64,000 nucleotides of DNA from Elioraea tepida. GTDB lineage: Bacteria > Pseudomonadota > Alphaproteobacteria > Acetobacterales > Acetobacteraceae. How positions within the stretch are numbered: position 1 is the stretch's first letter; each line of letters begins with the position of its first letter. The notes beneath the pieces are model-generated. The model saw nothing but the letters and a program-made list of their open reading frames with translations. It was not told where the DNA came from and made no database searches. Shown here in pieces: positions 18,485 through 28,951 of this stretch. The DNA lies in assembly GCF_019203965.1 (NCBI RefSeq), contig NZ_CP076448.1, positions 3,277,282 through 3,341,281 of the forward strand, written 5' to 3'. A program made the position numbers and the translations under genes.

Positions 18485-20484
18485 ATGCGCGGGCCGATGC
18501 TGCCGATCATCCAGACCGAGAAACGGACGATGGGCCTCTCGTCCGGGCCCTTTCCGCCCGACTCGCTCATCCCCGAGCGCGTCACCGGCAGCGAATCGCT
18601 CTGCGGTCTGTTCTCCTACGACATCGATTTCCTGACCGACCAGACGGAGCTGAAACCCGCCGAGCTGCTCGGCAAGAAGCTCGGCCTCGAACTCGGCAAG
18701 GGCACGCCCGATCGGGCCTTCATCAACGGCCACGTGGTGCGGCTTTCGCTCGGGGACTATCTCGGCGGCAACTACGGCATGGCCTATCGCCGGATCTCCT
18801 GCCGGATCGTTCCGTGGTTCTGGTTCCTCGACCATACGACCGACTGCCGCGTCTTCCAGAACCGCACCGTCCAGGAGATTCTCGAGACGCTGTTCGGCGA
18901 CGCCGGCTTCACCGACGACAAGTTCTTGCTCCGGGGCAGCCTCGCGCCGCGCACCTACGTGCTCCAGTACAACGAGACCGACTACGCCTTCGCCTGCCGG
19001 CTGATGGCCGAGGAGGGCCTCGTGTGGTGGGTGGCCTCGACCGCCGAGACGCATACGCCGATCATCACCAACCACAATGACGGTCTGAGGGCCTCGGGCG
19101 CCCAGCCCTTGAAGCTGCCGCCGCGCGAGGCGTCGCAGGTGCGCAACAGCTTCGACAGCCTTCGAGAGACCCACGTCTGGAAGCCCGGCAAGGTTGCGGT
19201 CAGCGACTCAGAGTTCCGAGCGATCTCGACCGATCTGACGACAGAGAAATCCTCGCTGCTCGGCCTGCCGCTCGCCGACAAGTTCGAGATCTTCGTCTGG
19301 CCCGGGCGCTTCCCCACAAAGGGAAAGGGCGACAGCCCGGCGGCCCGCAGCGACGGCGAGCCGCTCGCGACACACCTCGTCGAGGCGCTCGAGTCGGAAG
19401 CGACACGGCTCGAATCGCGACGGATTCCCACGCGCCGATGCTCGGCGTGCCGATCGAGATCCTCGACAACGCCCAAGCCTCAAGCGGAACGCCCTACCTG
19501 ATCGAGCGGCTGAGCCGAACGATGGCGGATGAGATCCATCTCAATGCGCGCGCCATTCCCGTCTGTCGCACCACGGTGAGCGCCTTCCCGGCCGGCACGA
19601 CCTATCGGATGCGGCCCGTTCCCGAACGGCCGAAGCTCCCGAACCTGATGCTCGGCAGGGTCGTCGGGCCGAAGGGAGAGGAGATCCATGTCGACGAGTA
19701 TGGCAGGGTGAAGGTCCAGTTCCTGTGGGACCGTCTCGGCGAAGGCGACGAAAACGCCTCGTGCTGGATGCGGCTCTCCCAGGCCTGGGCCGGCAGCGGC
19801 TTCGGGATCATGGCGCTGCCGCGGATCGGCATGGAGGTGATCGTCGGCTTCCTAGACGACGACCCCGATCACCCGGTGGTGCTCGGCTGCCTGCACAACA
19901 ACGAGAACAAGGTGCCCGTCGCGCTTCCCGAGAACAAGACGCAGACGGGGATCGTGACCAGGTCCTCGACGGGCGGGGGAAGCTCCGACTACAACGCGCT
20001 TCTGTTCGAGCACAAGGCAGGGTCGGAGAAGGTAACGTTCCAGGCACAGAAGGACTACGAGCGCCTTGTCAAGAACAACGAGAAGGTGACGATCAAGGCG
20101 AATCGCACGCTGCTGATCGAAGGCAAACAGAAATATGATGTCAAAGGCGACTATGACCTGACGGTGCAGCAGGGCAACCACAAGGTCGAGATCAGCAAGG
20201 GCAAGTTCGACACCAAGGTCGGCATGGGGAACATGTCGGTCAAGGTGTCGATGGGCAACCTCTCGACGAAGGTCAACCTCGGCAAGATCGACAGCGAGGC
20301 GATGCAGTCGATCGAGTTCAAGGTGGGCACCAGCTCGGTCAAGATCGACCAGATGGGCGTAACCATCAAGGGCATGATGATCAAGATCGAAGGCACCGTC
20401 ATGCTCGAGGCCAAGGGCCTGATGACGAAGGTGAGCGGCGACGGGATGATGATGCTGAAGGGCGGCATCATCATGATCAATTGA
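18485..20484 (+). pseudogene. vgrG: Type VI secretion spike protein VgrG, interrupted by a frameshift near 19420-19440
   Basis: N-terminal part (18485-19501 frame) has gp27-like VgrG motifs (LFSYDIDFLT, RAFINGHVVRLS, DYAFACRLMAEEGLVWWV). The remainder (19438-20484 frame) has the gp5/beta-helix part (GRVKVQFLWDRLGEGDENASCWMR, VLGCLHN, repetitive KV..G C-terminus). The two halves are in different frames. Confidence 0.8.
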
Positions 20485-20491
20485 GGCGTGC

Positions 20492-21079
20492 ATGACGCCG
20501 GAGCGGCCGCCCGTGAAGCTCGCCTCCGCTGCTCCGCGGACGGTTCTGGAGCGTGCCGATCTCGCGCCGGAGGCGGCGGCTCTGGCAGGCGGCGCCTCGG
20601 ATTCGGCGGCGGCGCTGCGGCGGCTGATCGAGGCCGGCATGCTGGCCGATGCCGCGCGCTTCCTCGCCCACGCCCTGCCGAAGCGCGAGGCGGTGTGGTG
20701 GGCCTGCATGTGCGCACGAGCGACCGCCCCTGAGCCGCCACCGCCCGATGCCGAGGCATTGGCCGCCGCCGAGGCGTGGGTGCGTAAGCCTGACGAGGAG
20801 CATCGTCGCGCCGCCATGGCGAAGGCCGAAGGCGCGGGCTTCCGCAGCCCCGAGGCCTGGGCCGCGGTCGCCGCCTTCTGGTCGGGCGGCAGCATGGCCC
20901 CGGCCGGCCAGCCGGTCGTTCCGCCAGCAGAGCATCTTACTGGTGTCGCGGTCGCCGGTGCGGTCTCGCTCGCTGCCGTCCGGCGCGAGCCGGAGAAGGC
21001 GGAGGCGACGCTGCGGCGCTTCCTCGACAGCGGGCTCGACATCGCCGCCGGCGGTGCGGGCCGGATCGCCCCAGCCTGA
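20492..21079 (+). CDS. Hypothetical Ala-rich protein between vgrG and PAAR (possible T6SS adaptor/accessory)
   Basis: 195-aa ORF tightly spaced in the vgrG-PAAR operon. No recognisable motif; family not identified from sequence alone. Confidence 0.45.
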   Translation: MTPERPPVKLASAAPRTVLERADLAPEAAALAGGASDSAAALRRLIEAGMLADAARFLAHALPKREAVWWACMCARATAPEPPPPDAEALAAAEAWVRKPDEEHRRAAMAKAEGAGFRSPEAWAAVAAFWSGGSMAPAGQPVVPPAEHLTGVAVAGAVSLAAVRREPEKAEATLRRFLDSGLDIAAGGAGRIAPA

Positions 21080-21091
21080 GGAGGCAGCCCC

Positions 21092-21385
21092 ATGTTCCCC
21101 GCCGCGCGCATCACCGATATGCATCTCTGCCCGATGTCCTCCGGGCCGGTGCCGCATGTCGGTGGGCCGATCCTGCCGCCCGGAGCGCCGACGATTCTGA
21201 TCATGGCCCTGCCGGCGGCGCGCGTGACCGATCTCTGCGCCTGTGTAGGGCGGCCGGACGTGATCGTGCGCGAGTCGGCCACGGTGATGATCATGAACCT
21301 CCCTGCCGCGCGGGTGCTCGATAATTGTGCGCATGGCGGAATGATCGTCATCCCCGGGGCGCCGACGGTCCTGATCGGCGGGTGA
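21092..21385 (+). CDS. PAAR-domain protein (T6SS spike tip)
   Basis: Three PAAR motifs (FPAARITD, LPAARVTD, LPAARVLD) in 97 aa. No toxin extension. Confidence 0.8.
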   Translation: MFPAARITDMHLCPMSSGPVPHVGGPILPPGAPTILIMALPAARVTDLCACVGRPDVIVRESATVMIMNLPAARVLDNCAHGGMIVIPGAPTVLIGG

Positions 21386-21389
21386 GGCG

Positions 21390-21971
21390 GTGACGGACCT
21401 CGTTCTCTCCATCGTCCGCTGCCTCGACGCCGCCGTGCCGGCCACACGGCGCGTGACGGGGGGCAAGCCCTCGATCGGCCGCGGTGAGGATAATGACTGG
21501 GTTCTCGTCGATCCGAACCGGCATCTCTCCAAGCGTCACTGCACCATCGCCTTCCGCTCGGGCCGCTGGATCGTGACCGACCTTTCCACCAACGGCACGT
21601 TCCTTGACCGCGCCCGAGAGCCGATCGGCCGCGGCGCCTCCGCGCCGCTGCGCGACGGCAGCCGGCTCACCCTCGGCGAGTACGAGATCGAGGTGCGGCT
21701 CGAGGAGCGCGAGGCCAGCGCCCCTGGCCTCGGTGCCGCGAACCCGTTCGACGACGATCCCTTCGCTCTCCCGAAGCCCGCACCGGCGCCGTTCGAGAAC
21801 GATCCGTTCGGGCGTGACCCGTTCGCGGACGAACCACTGGCACGGCCGGTCGCGACCGACCCCTTCGCCGGTCTTGGCGGCGGCCCCGCTCCGGCCGCCC
21901 CCGTGATCCCGGCGGATTTCGACCCGCTCTCCGACATCGAGCGCGGCGACCGGCTCTCCGACCGCTCCTGA
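21390..21971 (+). CDS. FHA-domain protein (T6SS Fha/TagH-like)
   Basis: FHA core SIGRGEDNDWVLVDPNRHLSKRHCTIAFRSGRWIVTDLSTNGTFL, followed by a Pro/Asp/Phe-rich tail. 4-nt spacing after PAAR. Confidence 0.75.
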   Translation: MTDLVLSIVRCLDAAVPATRRVTGGKPSIGRGEDNDWVLVDPNRHLSKRHCTIAFRSGRWIVTDLSTNGTFLDRAREPIGRGASAPLRDGSRLTLGEYEIEVRLEEREASAPGLGAANPFDDDPFALPKPAPAPFENDPFGRDPFADEPLARPVATDPFAGLGGGPAPAAPVIPADFDPLSDIERGDRLSDRS

Positions 21972-21994
21972 ACGGCGGGAGGAAGCCGGCCGGA

Positions 21995-23500
21995 TCATCT
22001 CCCTGCCGTCTCGGATGCCTTCGCTCCGCCGCCCGTGGTGCGGAACACGATCCCGGACGACAGGGATCTCGACCTGCCCGGGCCGTCGAGCCCGGCGCCC
22101 GAGGCGCCGCCGCCACCCGTGCCAGAACAGCGCGATCCTTTCACTGCACCGGCGGCAGGCGCTCCGCCGAGGCCGGCGGCGGCTCCGGAGGCCGTTCCGC
22201 CCTCGAGCATGATGACCGGGCACGGCCTTGCCGCCACCGTTGCGCCGCCGCGTGCGCCGACCGCGCCCTCGCCGCCCGGGGGCCAGGCCGGAACGGGTTC
22301 GGCCGGCGAGGGCGAGCGGCTGCTGGCGACGGGCCCCGGCGCAGCGGGCGTGACGGGCGGGGGCGTGGCGAGGGCGACGGGGGGCGGCGGGCTCGGCGTC
22401 GTCGCGGCCGGAAGCGTTGCCTGGGCCGTTGCCTGCGGCGCCGCCGGCTCAGGCGTGGGAGCGTCGGTGCCGCGCCCAAACAGGAGGAAGGCGGCAACGC
22501 CCGCCGCGACCACGGCGCCCGCGCCCCCCGCCACAAGGCCGAAGGGAAGCCCCTTCTTCGTGACGGGCGGCTGCGTCCCAGACCGGACGGGGACCGAAAC
22601 GGCGGGGCGGTCGGACGGCGCGCTGGCAACGACGGTCACTTCGGTGTCAGCCCCGCCGAGCAGGCCAAGCAGCGGGTCGGAGGCCTCCGCCTCGTGCATC
22701 GCTTCGGCAATCGCCTCGCGGAACGCTGCCGCGGTCTGGAATCGTTCGGCGGGACGCTTCGCCATCGCCTTTCGCACCACCGCGTCGAAAACGGGCGGAA
22801 CCGAGCCCGCGATCTCGGACGGCCGCGGCGGCTCGACATTCAGCACCTTGTGCATGATCGCGGTGAGGTTGCCCTCGAAGGGCTTGTCGCCGGTGAGCGA
22901 CTGATAGAGCACGACGCCGGCGGAATAGAGGTCGGTGCGCGCGTCCGCCGGCTCGCCGCGGAACTGCTCGGGCGACATGAGGCGGGCGTTCCGAGCACCG
23001 TTCCCGCCTACGTCATCGTCGAACTCTCGATCCGGGCGATGCCGAAATCGGCGACCTTCACCTGCCCGCTCCCGGTGAGCATCATGTTGGCAGGCTTGAT
23101 GTCGCGGTAAACCACGCCCTTCTCGTGCGCATGCCCAAGCGCGGCGAGGAGCTCGTCCATCACCCGAGCGACCTGCGGCAGCGGCAGCCGCTCGCCGGCA
23201 TCGAGGCGTGTCTCCAACGATCCGCCGTCGACATGCTCCATCACGATGTAGGCGAGATCGCCCTCTTCGCCGTAGTCGTAGACCGCGACGATGTTCGGGT
23301 GCGAGAGCCTGCCCGCGGCCTGGGCCTCGCGCTTGAACCGGGCGATCTCCTCCTGCGCCTCGGCATCGTGCGCGTCGAGCGTGACGGTCTTGATCGCGAC
23401 GATCCGGTCGATCACCGGGTCGCGCGCGCCACACCGTGCCCGCCGCACCCTTGCCGATGGCCGTGATGATCTCGTACTTGCCGAGACGTTCGAGGTTCAT
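21995..23500 (-). pseudogene. Membrane Ser/Thr protein kinase (PpkA-like) with two frameshifts in the catalytic domain
   Basis: Start MNLERLGKYEIITAIGKGAAGTVWRAR (Gly loop) at 23500. Subdomains II-VII (VAIKTV, HPNIVAVYDY, HRDIKPANMML, VKVADFGIA) lie in a different frame (ORF 23008-23448). The original frame then resumes (MSPEQFRGEPADARTDLYSAGVVLYQ), followed by a TM segment and a Pro/Ala-rich tail. Confidence 0.7.
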
Positions 23501-23725
23501 GCGCAAGCCCGTCTCCGTCGCCTCCTTGGTCCTAGACCGGTGCGGGGGCGACGCGGAAGAATGACGGGCGGCGCTCGCGGCCGGAGCTGCCTCAGAGGCT
23601 CGTCGTGCCGAGCGCCTCATGTCTACAGCGGCTGAAGGACTCCACTCGGCTCCACGCGCGAGGCGGCGAAGACAGCCGCGCGCGCCCTTCCGAAGGGGAG
23701 GGATGGGAGACATGGGGAGAAACGG

Positions 23726-24997
23726 ATGAGAAGGTGATTCCTCGCGGCTGCGGCCGCGGTCGCGATGGCTCTTGCCGTGCCCGGGGCGGCCTCGGCGCAG
23801 CAGGAACCTATTCAGATCGGCATCCTCGTCGCCCTCGAGGGCGCGTTCGCGGAAGGCGGCAGGGACGGCATTCGCGGCATCGAGCTCGCGCTGCGGACCG
23901 TCAACAACACGATCGCGGGCCGGCGGATCGAGACCATCATCGCGCCGACTGACACCCGCCCCGACACCGCCGTGCGCCAGGCACGCAAGCTGATCGAGCA
24001 GGACCGGGTCGACTTCGTGATCGGCCCGCTCTCCGGCTCCGAGGGGATCGCGATCCGCGACTACGCCAAGACGGTTCCCGACAGGACCTTCATCAACGGC
24101 GCCTCCGGCGCGCTTGAGGCGACCTGGGTCGATCCGGCGCCGAACTTCTTCCGGTTCCACACGCACGGGCCGCAGTGGGGCGCGGGCTTGGGCGAATACG
24201 TGGTCCGCACCAAGGGCTGGCGCCGGATCTCCACCGTCGCGGCCGACTACTCGTTCGGCCACACCAACTTCATGGGCTTTGCGATCGACGTCTGCCGCAA
24301 CGGCGGCGACATCGTGCGCCGCTTCTGGGTGCCGCTCGGCTCGGCCGATTTCGCTGCCGTGATCGCGCAGCTCCCCGACGACGTCGACGCCATCTATCTC
24401 GGCCTCGGCGGCACGGATGCGATCAACTTCCTCAACCAGTACGCTCAGGCCGGGTCGAAGATGAACTTCATCGGCGGCACGATCATGGCAGACCAGACCG
24501 TTCTGACCTCGCGCGGGCGCGCGCGCGAGGCGCTGATCGGCACGCCGACCTCCGGGATGAAGTCGGACGAGAACCCCGATCCGGCGTGGCAGGAGTTCGT
24601 GCAGCGCTACCGCGCCGCCTATCCGGAGGGGCAGCGCTTCCCCTCGCCGACGATCTTCGCGACCGGCTACTACCTCAGCACGCTCGCGGCGGTCGAGGCG
24701 CTGAAGAAGGGCAATGGCGATCTCTCAGGCGGGCAGAGGGCGTTCCAGCAGGCGCTTGCGACGCTCGAGCTTGACACGCCGCTCGGCAAGATCAAGCTCG
24801 ACGAGACGCGCCAGGCGATGGGGCCGGTGTTCGTCAACGAGGTGACAGCGCGGCCTGACGGCACACTCGACAACCGGATGGTCAAGGGCGTGGACAACGT
24901 GTCGCAGACGCTCGGGCTGCCGGTGGAGGAGTTCCGGGCGCTCGGCCTACCCTCGCGCGACACGCCCGACTGCGCACGGCTGAGGACGCGCCGCTGA
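23726..24997 (+). CDS. livK: Branched-chain amino acid-type ABC substrate-binding protein (LivK-like); in-frame TGA at codon 4 of the predicted signal peptide
   Basis: A GGAGA RBS plus ATG at 23726 gives MRR[TGA]FLAAAAAVAMALAVPGAASAQ... The ORF track begins at the internal ATG at 23765, which would leave no signal peptide. PBP type-1 fold (Leu/Ile/Val-BP family). Confidence 0.7.
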
Positions 24998-25011
24998 CCC
25001 ACGGCGGGCGC

Positions 25012-25051
25012 GCGGCGAGCGGGCAAGGCACATGATCTTGTCCGCCGCCGC
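25012..25051 (+). terminator. GC-rich imperfect hairpin downstream of the binding-protein gene
   Basis: gcggcgagcgggcaag-gcacatgatc-ttgtccgccgccgc, a ~14-bp stem with a 10-nt loop. No U-tract, as is common in high-GC alphaproteobacteria. Confidence 0.3.
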
Positions 25052-25149
25052 GCGAACTCGCAACCCGAGAGCAGCGACGGGAACGGCGGAGGCAGGGTGA
25101 CAAAGCTGTTCGTTCGACCGCGGCTGCCTGCCGCCGCGCCGAGGCTCGT

Positions 25150-26163
25150 GTGACCGCTCTCGCGCGCGCCAACCCGGTGGTCGTGCTCGTCGTCGCGATC
25201 CTCCTGGCGTTCGTGCTCTGGCTCATCTTCGCACCCTGGCCGCCGGGCGTGACGGCCGTGATGGGCCCGAAACGGGTGTTCCTGAGCGCGCTGCTCTCGG
25301 GCATCACGCTCGGCGCCCTCTACTTCCTGGTCGCAAGCGGCTTCACGCTGATCTTCGGGCTGATGCGCAACGTCAATCTCGCGCACGGCTCGCTCTATCT
25401 GCTCGGCGGCTATCTCGGCTTCGAGATCGCCGACAGGACGGGGGCGTGGCTGCTCGCCTTCCCGGTCGTGGTCGTGCTCGTTGCGCTGCTCGGCGTGGTG
25501 CTGCAGCATCTCGTGTTCCGCCGGATGGAGGGCGAGGAGCTGCGGCAGACGCTAGTCACGATCGGCCTCTCGATCGTGATCGCCGACATCCTGCTGTGGA
25601 TCTGGGGCGGCAAGTCCTACCAGATCCTCACGCCCGACTTCCTCGCGGGGCCGATCGATCTGCCGCTCGTGACGGCGATTCGCTCCGACGGCACGGCCGT
25701 CTATCTCCGCTATCCGCGTGTTCGGATCTGGATCCTGATCGCCGCCATCGTGGTTGGTGTGGCGATGTGGCGTGTGATGACCCGCACGCGCATCGGCATG
25801 CTGATCCGCGCTGGGGTGGATGACCGCGATATGCTCGCCGCCTCCGGCCTGCCGATCCAGGCTATGTTCGTTCTTGTCTTCGCCTTCGGCGCGGGACTTG
25901 CTGGGATCGCGGGAATCATCGGCGGCACCTTCCAGTCGCTCGCCCCGGGCGAGGACACGCGGTTCCTGCTCGCGAGCCTCGTGGTGGTGATCGTGGGCGG
26001 GATGGGGTCGTCCCCCGGGGCGGCGCTCGGCGCCCTGATCATCGGGCTCGCCGAGCAGCTCGGCGTGGTCTACGCCCCGACCTACTCGGTCGTGTTCACC
26101 TTGCTCATCATGGCGGCGGTGCTCGCGTTCCGGCCGCAGGGCCTGCTTGGGCGGAAAGGCTGA
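25150..26163 (+). CDS. livH: Branched-chain amino acid-type ABC permease (LivH-like)
   Basis: 337-aa polytopic ORF with the LivH-family pattern (NLAHGSLYLLGGY ... GGMGS). Confidence 0.85.
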   Translation: MTALARANPVVVLVVAILLAFVLWLIFAPWPPGVTAVMGPKRVFLSALLSGITLGALYFLVASGFTLIFGLMRNVNLAHGSLYLLGGYLGFEIADRTGAWLLAFPVVVVLVALLGVVLQHLVFRRMEGEELRQTLVTIGLSIVIADILLWIWGGKSYQILTPDFLAGPIDLPLVTAIRSDGTAVYLRYPRVRIWILIAAIVVGVAMWRVMTRTRIGMLIRAGVDDRDMLAASGLPIQAMFVLVFAFGAGLAGIAGIIGGTFQSLAPGEDTRFLLASLVVVIVGGMGSSPGAALGALIIGLAEQLGVVYAPTYSVVFTLLIMAAVLAFRPQGLLGRKG

Positions 26164-27222
26164 TGGCGGTGGCCGGAGAGGCGCGGACGGCTGCGAGCGA
26201 GATGCCGTTCGGCGCGCTCGGCCGCATCCCTGCCGCGATCTGGGCGGTTGCGGCGCTGCTCCTGCTGATGCCGACATTCGCCAACAATTTCGTCCTGTTC
26301 CAGGTGTTCGGCTGGACCTTCATCCTCGGCATGATTGCCCCGTCTCTGATGTCCCTCGCGGGCTATGGCGGCATGGTGAGCCTGATCCAGATGACTGTCG
26401 CGGGGCTTGCCGGCTACATGGTCGCGATCCTTGGGCCCTCGGGCACGGAGCAGGTGAGCCTCGGCCTTGCGTGGTGGATCACCGTTCCGGCTGCGATCGT
26501 CGTCGCGACCCTGTTCGGAACGCTCGTCGGCGCGCTCGCGGTGCGCACCGAGGGCATCTACACAATCATGATCACGCTCGCGATCGCGGCCGCCTTCTTC
26601 TATTTCACGCGGCAGAACTACACGATCTTTCAACGGGTACTCTGGCTTCAGCCTGGTGGTTCCACCGCGCCTGTTCGGGATCGACTGGCGCCAGCCAATC
26701 CCCTTCTACTATCTGAGCCTCGGCTGTGCCGCGCTTGCCTACGCCGCGGTGGTCTATGTCTCGCGCGCGCCGTTCGGGCTTGCGCTCCAGGGCGTGCGCG
26801 ACAACGCCCGCCGCATGGCGGCGCTCGGCTACAACGTCGTCTGGCACCGGATCCTCGCCTACAGTTTCGCTGCCGTGATCGCCTCCTTCGGCGGAATCCT
26901 GCTCGTCTGGCAGAACGCCCAGATCGCACCTGGAACGGCCGGCATCCCGGCGGTCATCGACATTCTCGTGATCGCCGTGGTGGGCGGGATGCGCCACCCG
27001 ATCGGCCAATTCATCGGCGCCTTCATCTATGTGCTGCTCAGTTCCTTCGCCCCCGATGTGCTGACGACCTTCGGCCTCGCTCCCGATCGCTTCAAGCTGC
27101 TCGTGGGCTTGGGCTTCCTTGCGGTCGTGTATTTCTGACCGGATGGGGTGCTCGGGCTGTGGGAAAGGGCGCGGCGAAAGATGCGCGAACGCACTGACCC
27201 GCTCACTGGGCAGCCGCGATGA
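26163..27222 (+). pseudogene. livM: ABC permease LivM-like; frameshift near 26628-26633 and in-frame TGA at 27136-27138
   Basis: N-part ...FFYFTRQNYTIF in one frame; continuation NGYSGFSLVVPPRLFGIDWRQPIPFYYL in another (+1 in a cttt run). After TGA 27136 the frame continues with the family-typical PDGVLGLWERARRK and ends in an ATGA overlap with livG (27219-27222). This argues the TGA is secondary. Confidence 0.75.
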
Positions 27223-28013
27223 TCGAAGCTGGGCCGGACACCGCCGCTCGGCTCGGCTCGGTCAGCAGCGGGAACGCGCTCGATCTGCGCGGCGTGACAC
27301 GGATGTTCGGCGCGCTTGCTGCGATCGCCGACGTGACGATGACGGTCCGCCCTGGCGAGCGCTGCGCCGTGCTCGGCTCGAACGGTGCGGGCAAGACGAC
27401 GCTGTTCAACTGCATCACCGGGGACATCCTTCCGAACTCGGGCACAATCAGACTGTTCGGCGAGGACGTGACCCGCTTCCCCCCGCACGAGCGGATCCGG
27501 CGCGGGCTGCGCCGCACCTACCAGATCTCACTCCTGTTCGGGGGCCTCACGGTCGCCGACAATGTAGATCTCGCCTGCCGAGGGGTCTCGCGCTGGAGGT
27601 TCTCGCTGTTGCGGCCGCGCCGTGGCGACCCGCTTCTCGCGCGGACGGACGAGCTGATCGAGGCCGTGCATCTGACGCGCGCGCGCGGCCGGCTCGTCTC
27701 GGAACTCTTCTACGGACAGCAGCGCCAGCTCGAGATCGCTCTCGCGCTTGCCGGAGCTCCGCGGTTCATTCTCTTCGATGAACCTGCCGCCGGGCTGTCA
27801 CCGACCGAGCGACGCGAGCTCATCGAGATCCTGACGAACCTGCCGCGTCATATCGGGTTCATCATCATCGAGCACGACATGGATGTCGCGCTGCGCGTCG
27901 CCGAGAGCGTGTCGATGATGCACAACGGCCGCGTGTTCAAGGAAGGGACGCCGGCCGAGATCGAGAACGACTCGGAGGTTCAGGCGCTCTATCTCGGAGG
28001 GGCGCATGGCTGA
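27219..28013 (+). CDS. livG: ABC transporter ATP-binding protein (LivG-like)
   Basis: Walker A GSNGAGKTT, signature YGQQRQLEIALAL, Walker B ILFDEPAAGL. Confidence 0.85.
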   Translation: MIEAGPDTAARLGSVSSGNALDLRGVTRMFGALAAIADVTMTVRPGERCAVLGSNGAGKTTLFNCITGDILPNSGTIRLFGEDVTRFPPHERIRRGLRRTYQISLLFGGLTVADNVDLACRGVSRWRFSLLRPRRGDPLLARTDELIEAVHLTRARGRLVSELFYGQQRQLEIALALAGAPRFILFDEPAAGLSPTERRELIEILTNLPRHIGFIIIEHDMDVALRVAESVSMMHNGRVFKEGTPAEIENDSEVQALYLGGAHG

Positions 28014-28853
28014 ACGCTCCCGCGCGCCTGCCCTCGAGATCCGCGGCCTCAACGTGTTCTACGGTGCAAGCCACGCGCTTCAGGGTGTGGATCTCGTGCT
28101 CGAGGGCTGCGTTCTCGCTGTCGTTGGCCGAAACGGGATGGGCAAGACGACGCTGTGCAAGGCCATCATGGGGTTCGTTCCGGTCGCATCGGGAACGATC
28201 CGTTTTGCCGGGCAGTCGCTCGTCGGGCGCTCGACCTCCGAGATCGCTCGGCTCGGTGTGGGGCATGTTCCGCAGGGGCGGCGGCTCTGGCGGTCGCTCA
28301 CCGTCGATGAGCATCTTCGCCTCGTTGTGCGCCCAGGCGGGGCGTGGACGGTCGAGCGCATCTACGCCACCTTCCCCGCCTTGCCGAGCGGCGCAACAAT
28401 GGCGGGGGCCAGCTCTCGGGCGGCGAGCAGCGGATGCTCGCGATCTCGCGCGCTCTGCTTCAGAACCGACGCCTGCTCGTGATGGACGAGCCGACGGAGG
28501 GGCTCGTCCCTGTGATCGTCGAGCAGGTCGAAGCGTTGCTCGCGCGCCTCGCTGAGGAGGGAGACCTCGAGGTTCTGCTGATCGAGCAGAACATCGGCGT
28601 TGCCTGCGCGATCGCCGACCGCGTCGCGGTGATGGTGAACGGGCGGATCAACCGGATCGGGCCGGCGCGCAAACTTGCGGCGGATGTCGAGCTGCAGCAG
28701 CGCCTGCTCGGGGTTGGACGCCACGGCCACGAGGAGGACGCAGCGCCCGCGGCCGCGGACGCTGCCCCGGCGCAGGCCGAGGCCGGGCCGAAACTGGCGA
28801 AGATCTTCCTTTCCAACCCGGTTCGGCCGACGCGATGGTCGCAGCCCGTTTAG
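28006..28853 (+). pseudogene. livF: ABC transporter ATP-binding protein (LivF-like) with a 1-nt deletion in a C-run (~28374-28378)
   Basis: N-part GRNGMGKTTL...VERIYATFP in frame 1. The signature/Walker B part (RLAERRNNGGGQLSGGEQRMLAISRALL...LVMDEPTEGL) is in frame 0. accttccccgcc has 4 C where 5 would restore the frame. Confidence 0.75.
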
Positions 28854-28951
28854 GTAGAGCAGCTCGAGCGCATGGCCCGGGTGTTGACGGCGCAATCACC
28901 CGGGCCGGGCACGACGGCGCACGCCGAGCTTCGTCCGCTCGCGAGCCCGGG

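Noticed and set aside
22035-22904. 289-aa + strand ORF downstream of the FHA gene, considered as a C-terminal extension of the FHA protein
   Set aside because: It is in a different frame from the FHA ORF, which ends cleanly at 21971. It is purely low-complexity and overlaps the better-supported C-terminal TM/Pro-rich region of the convergent kinase on the minus strand.
23605-23952. 115-aa + strand ORF (GTG start) upstream of and overlapping the livK start, considered as a leader or regulatory protein
   Set aside because: Arg/Gly-rich shadow-frame translation spanning the divergent promoter region and the 5' end of livK. No supporting features.
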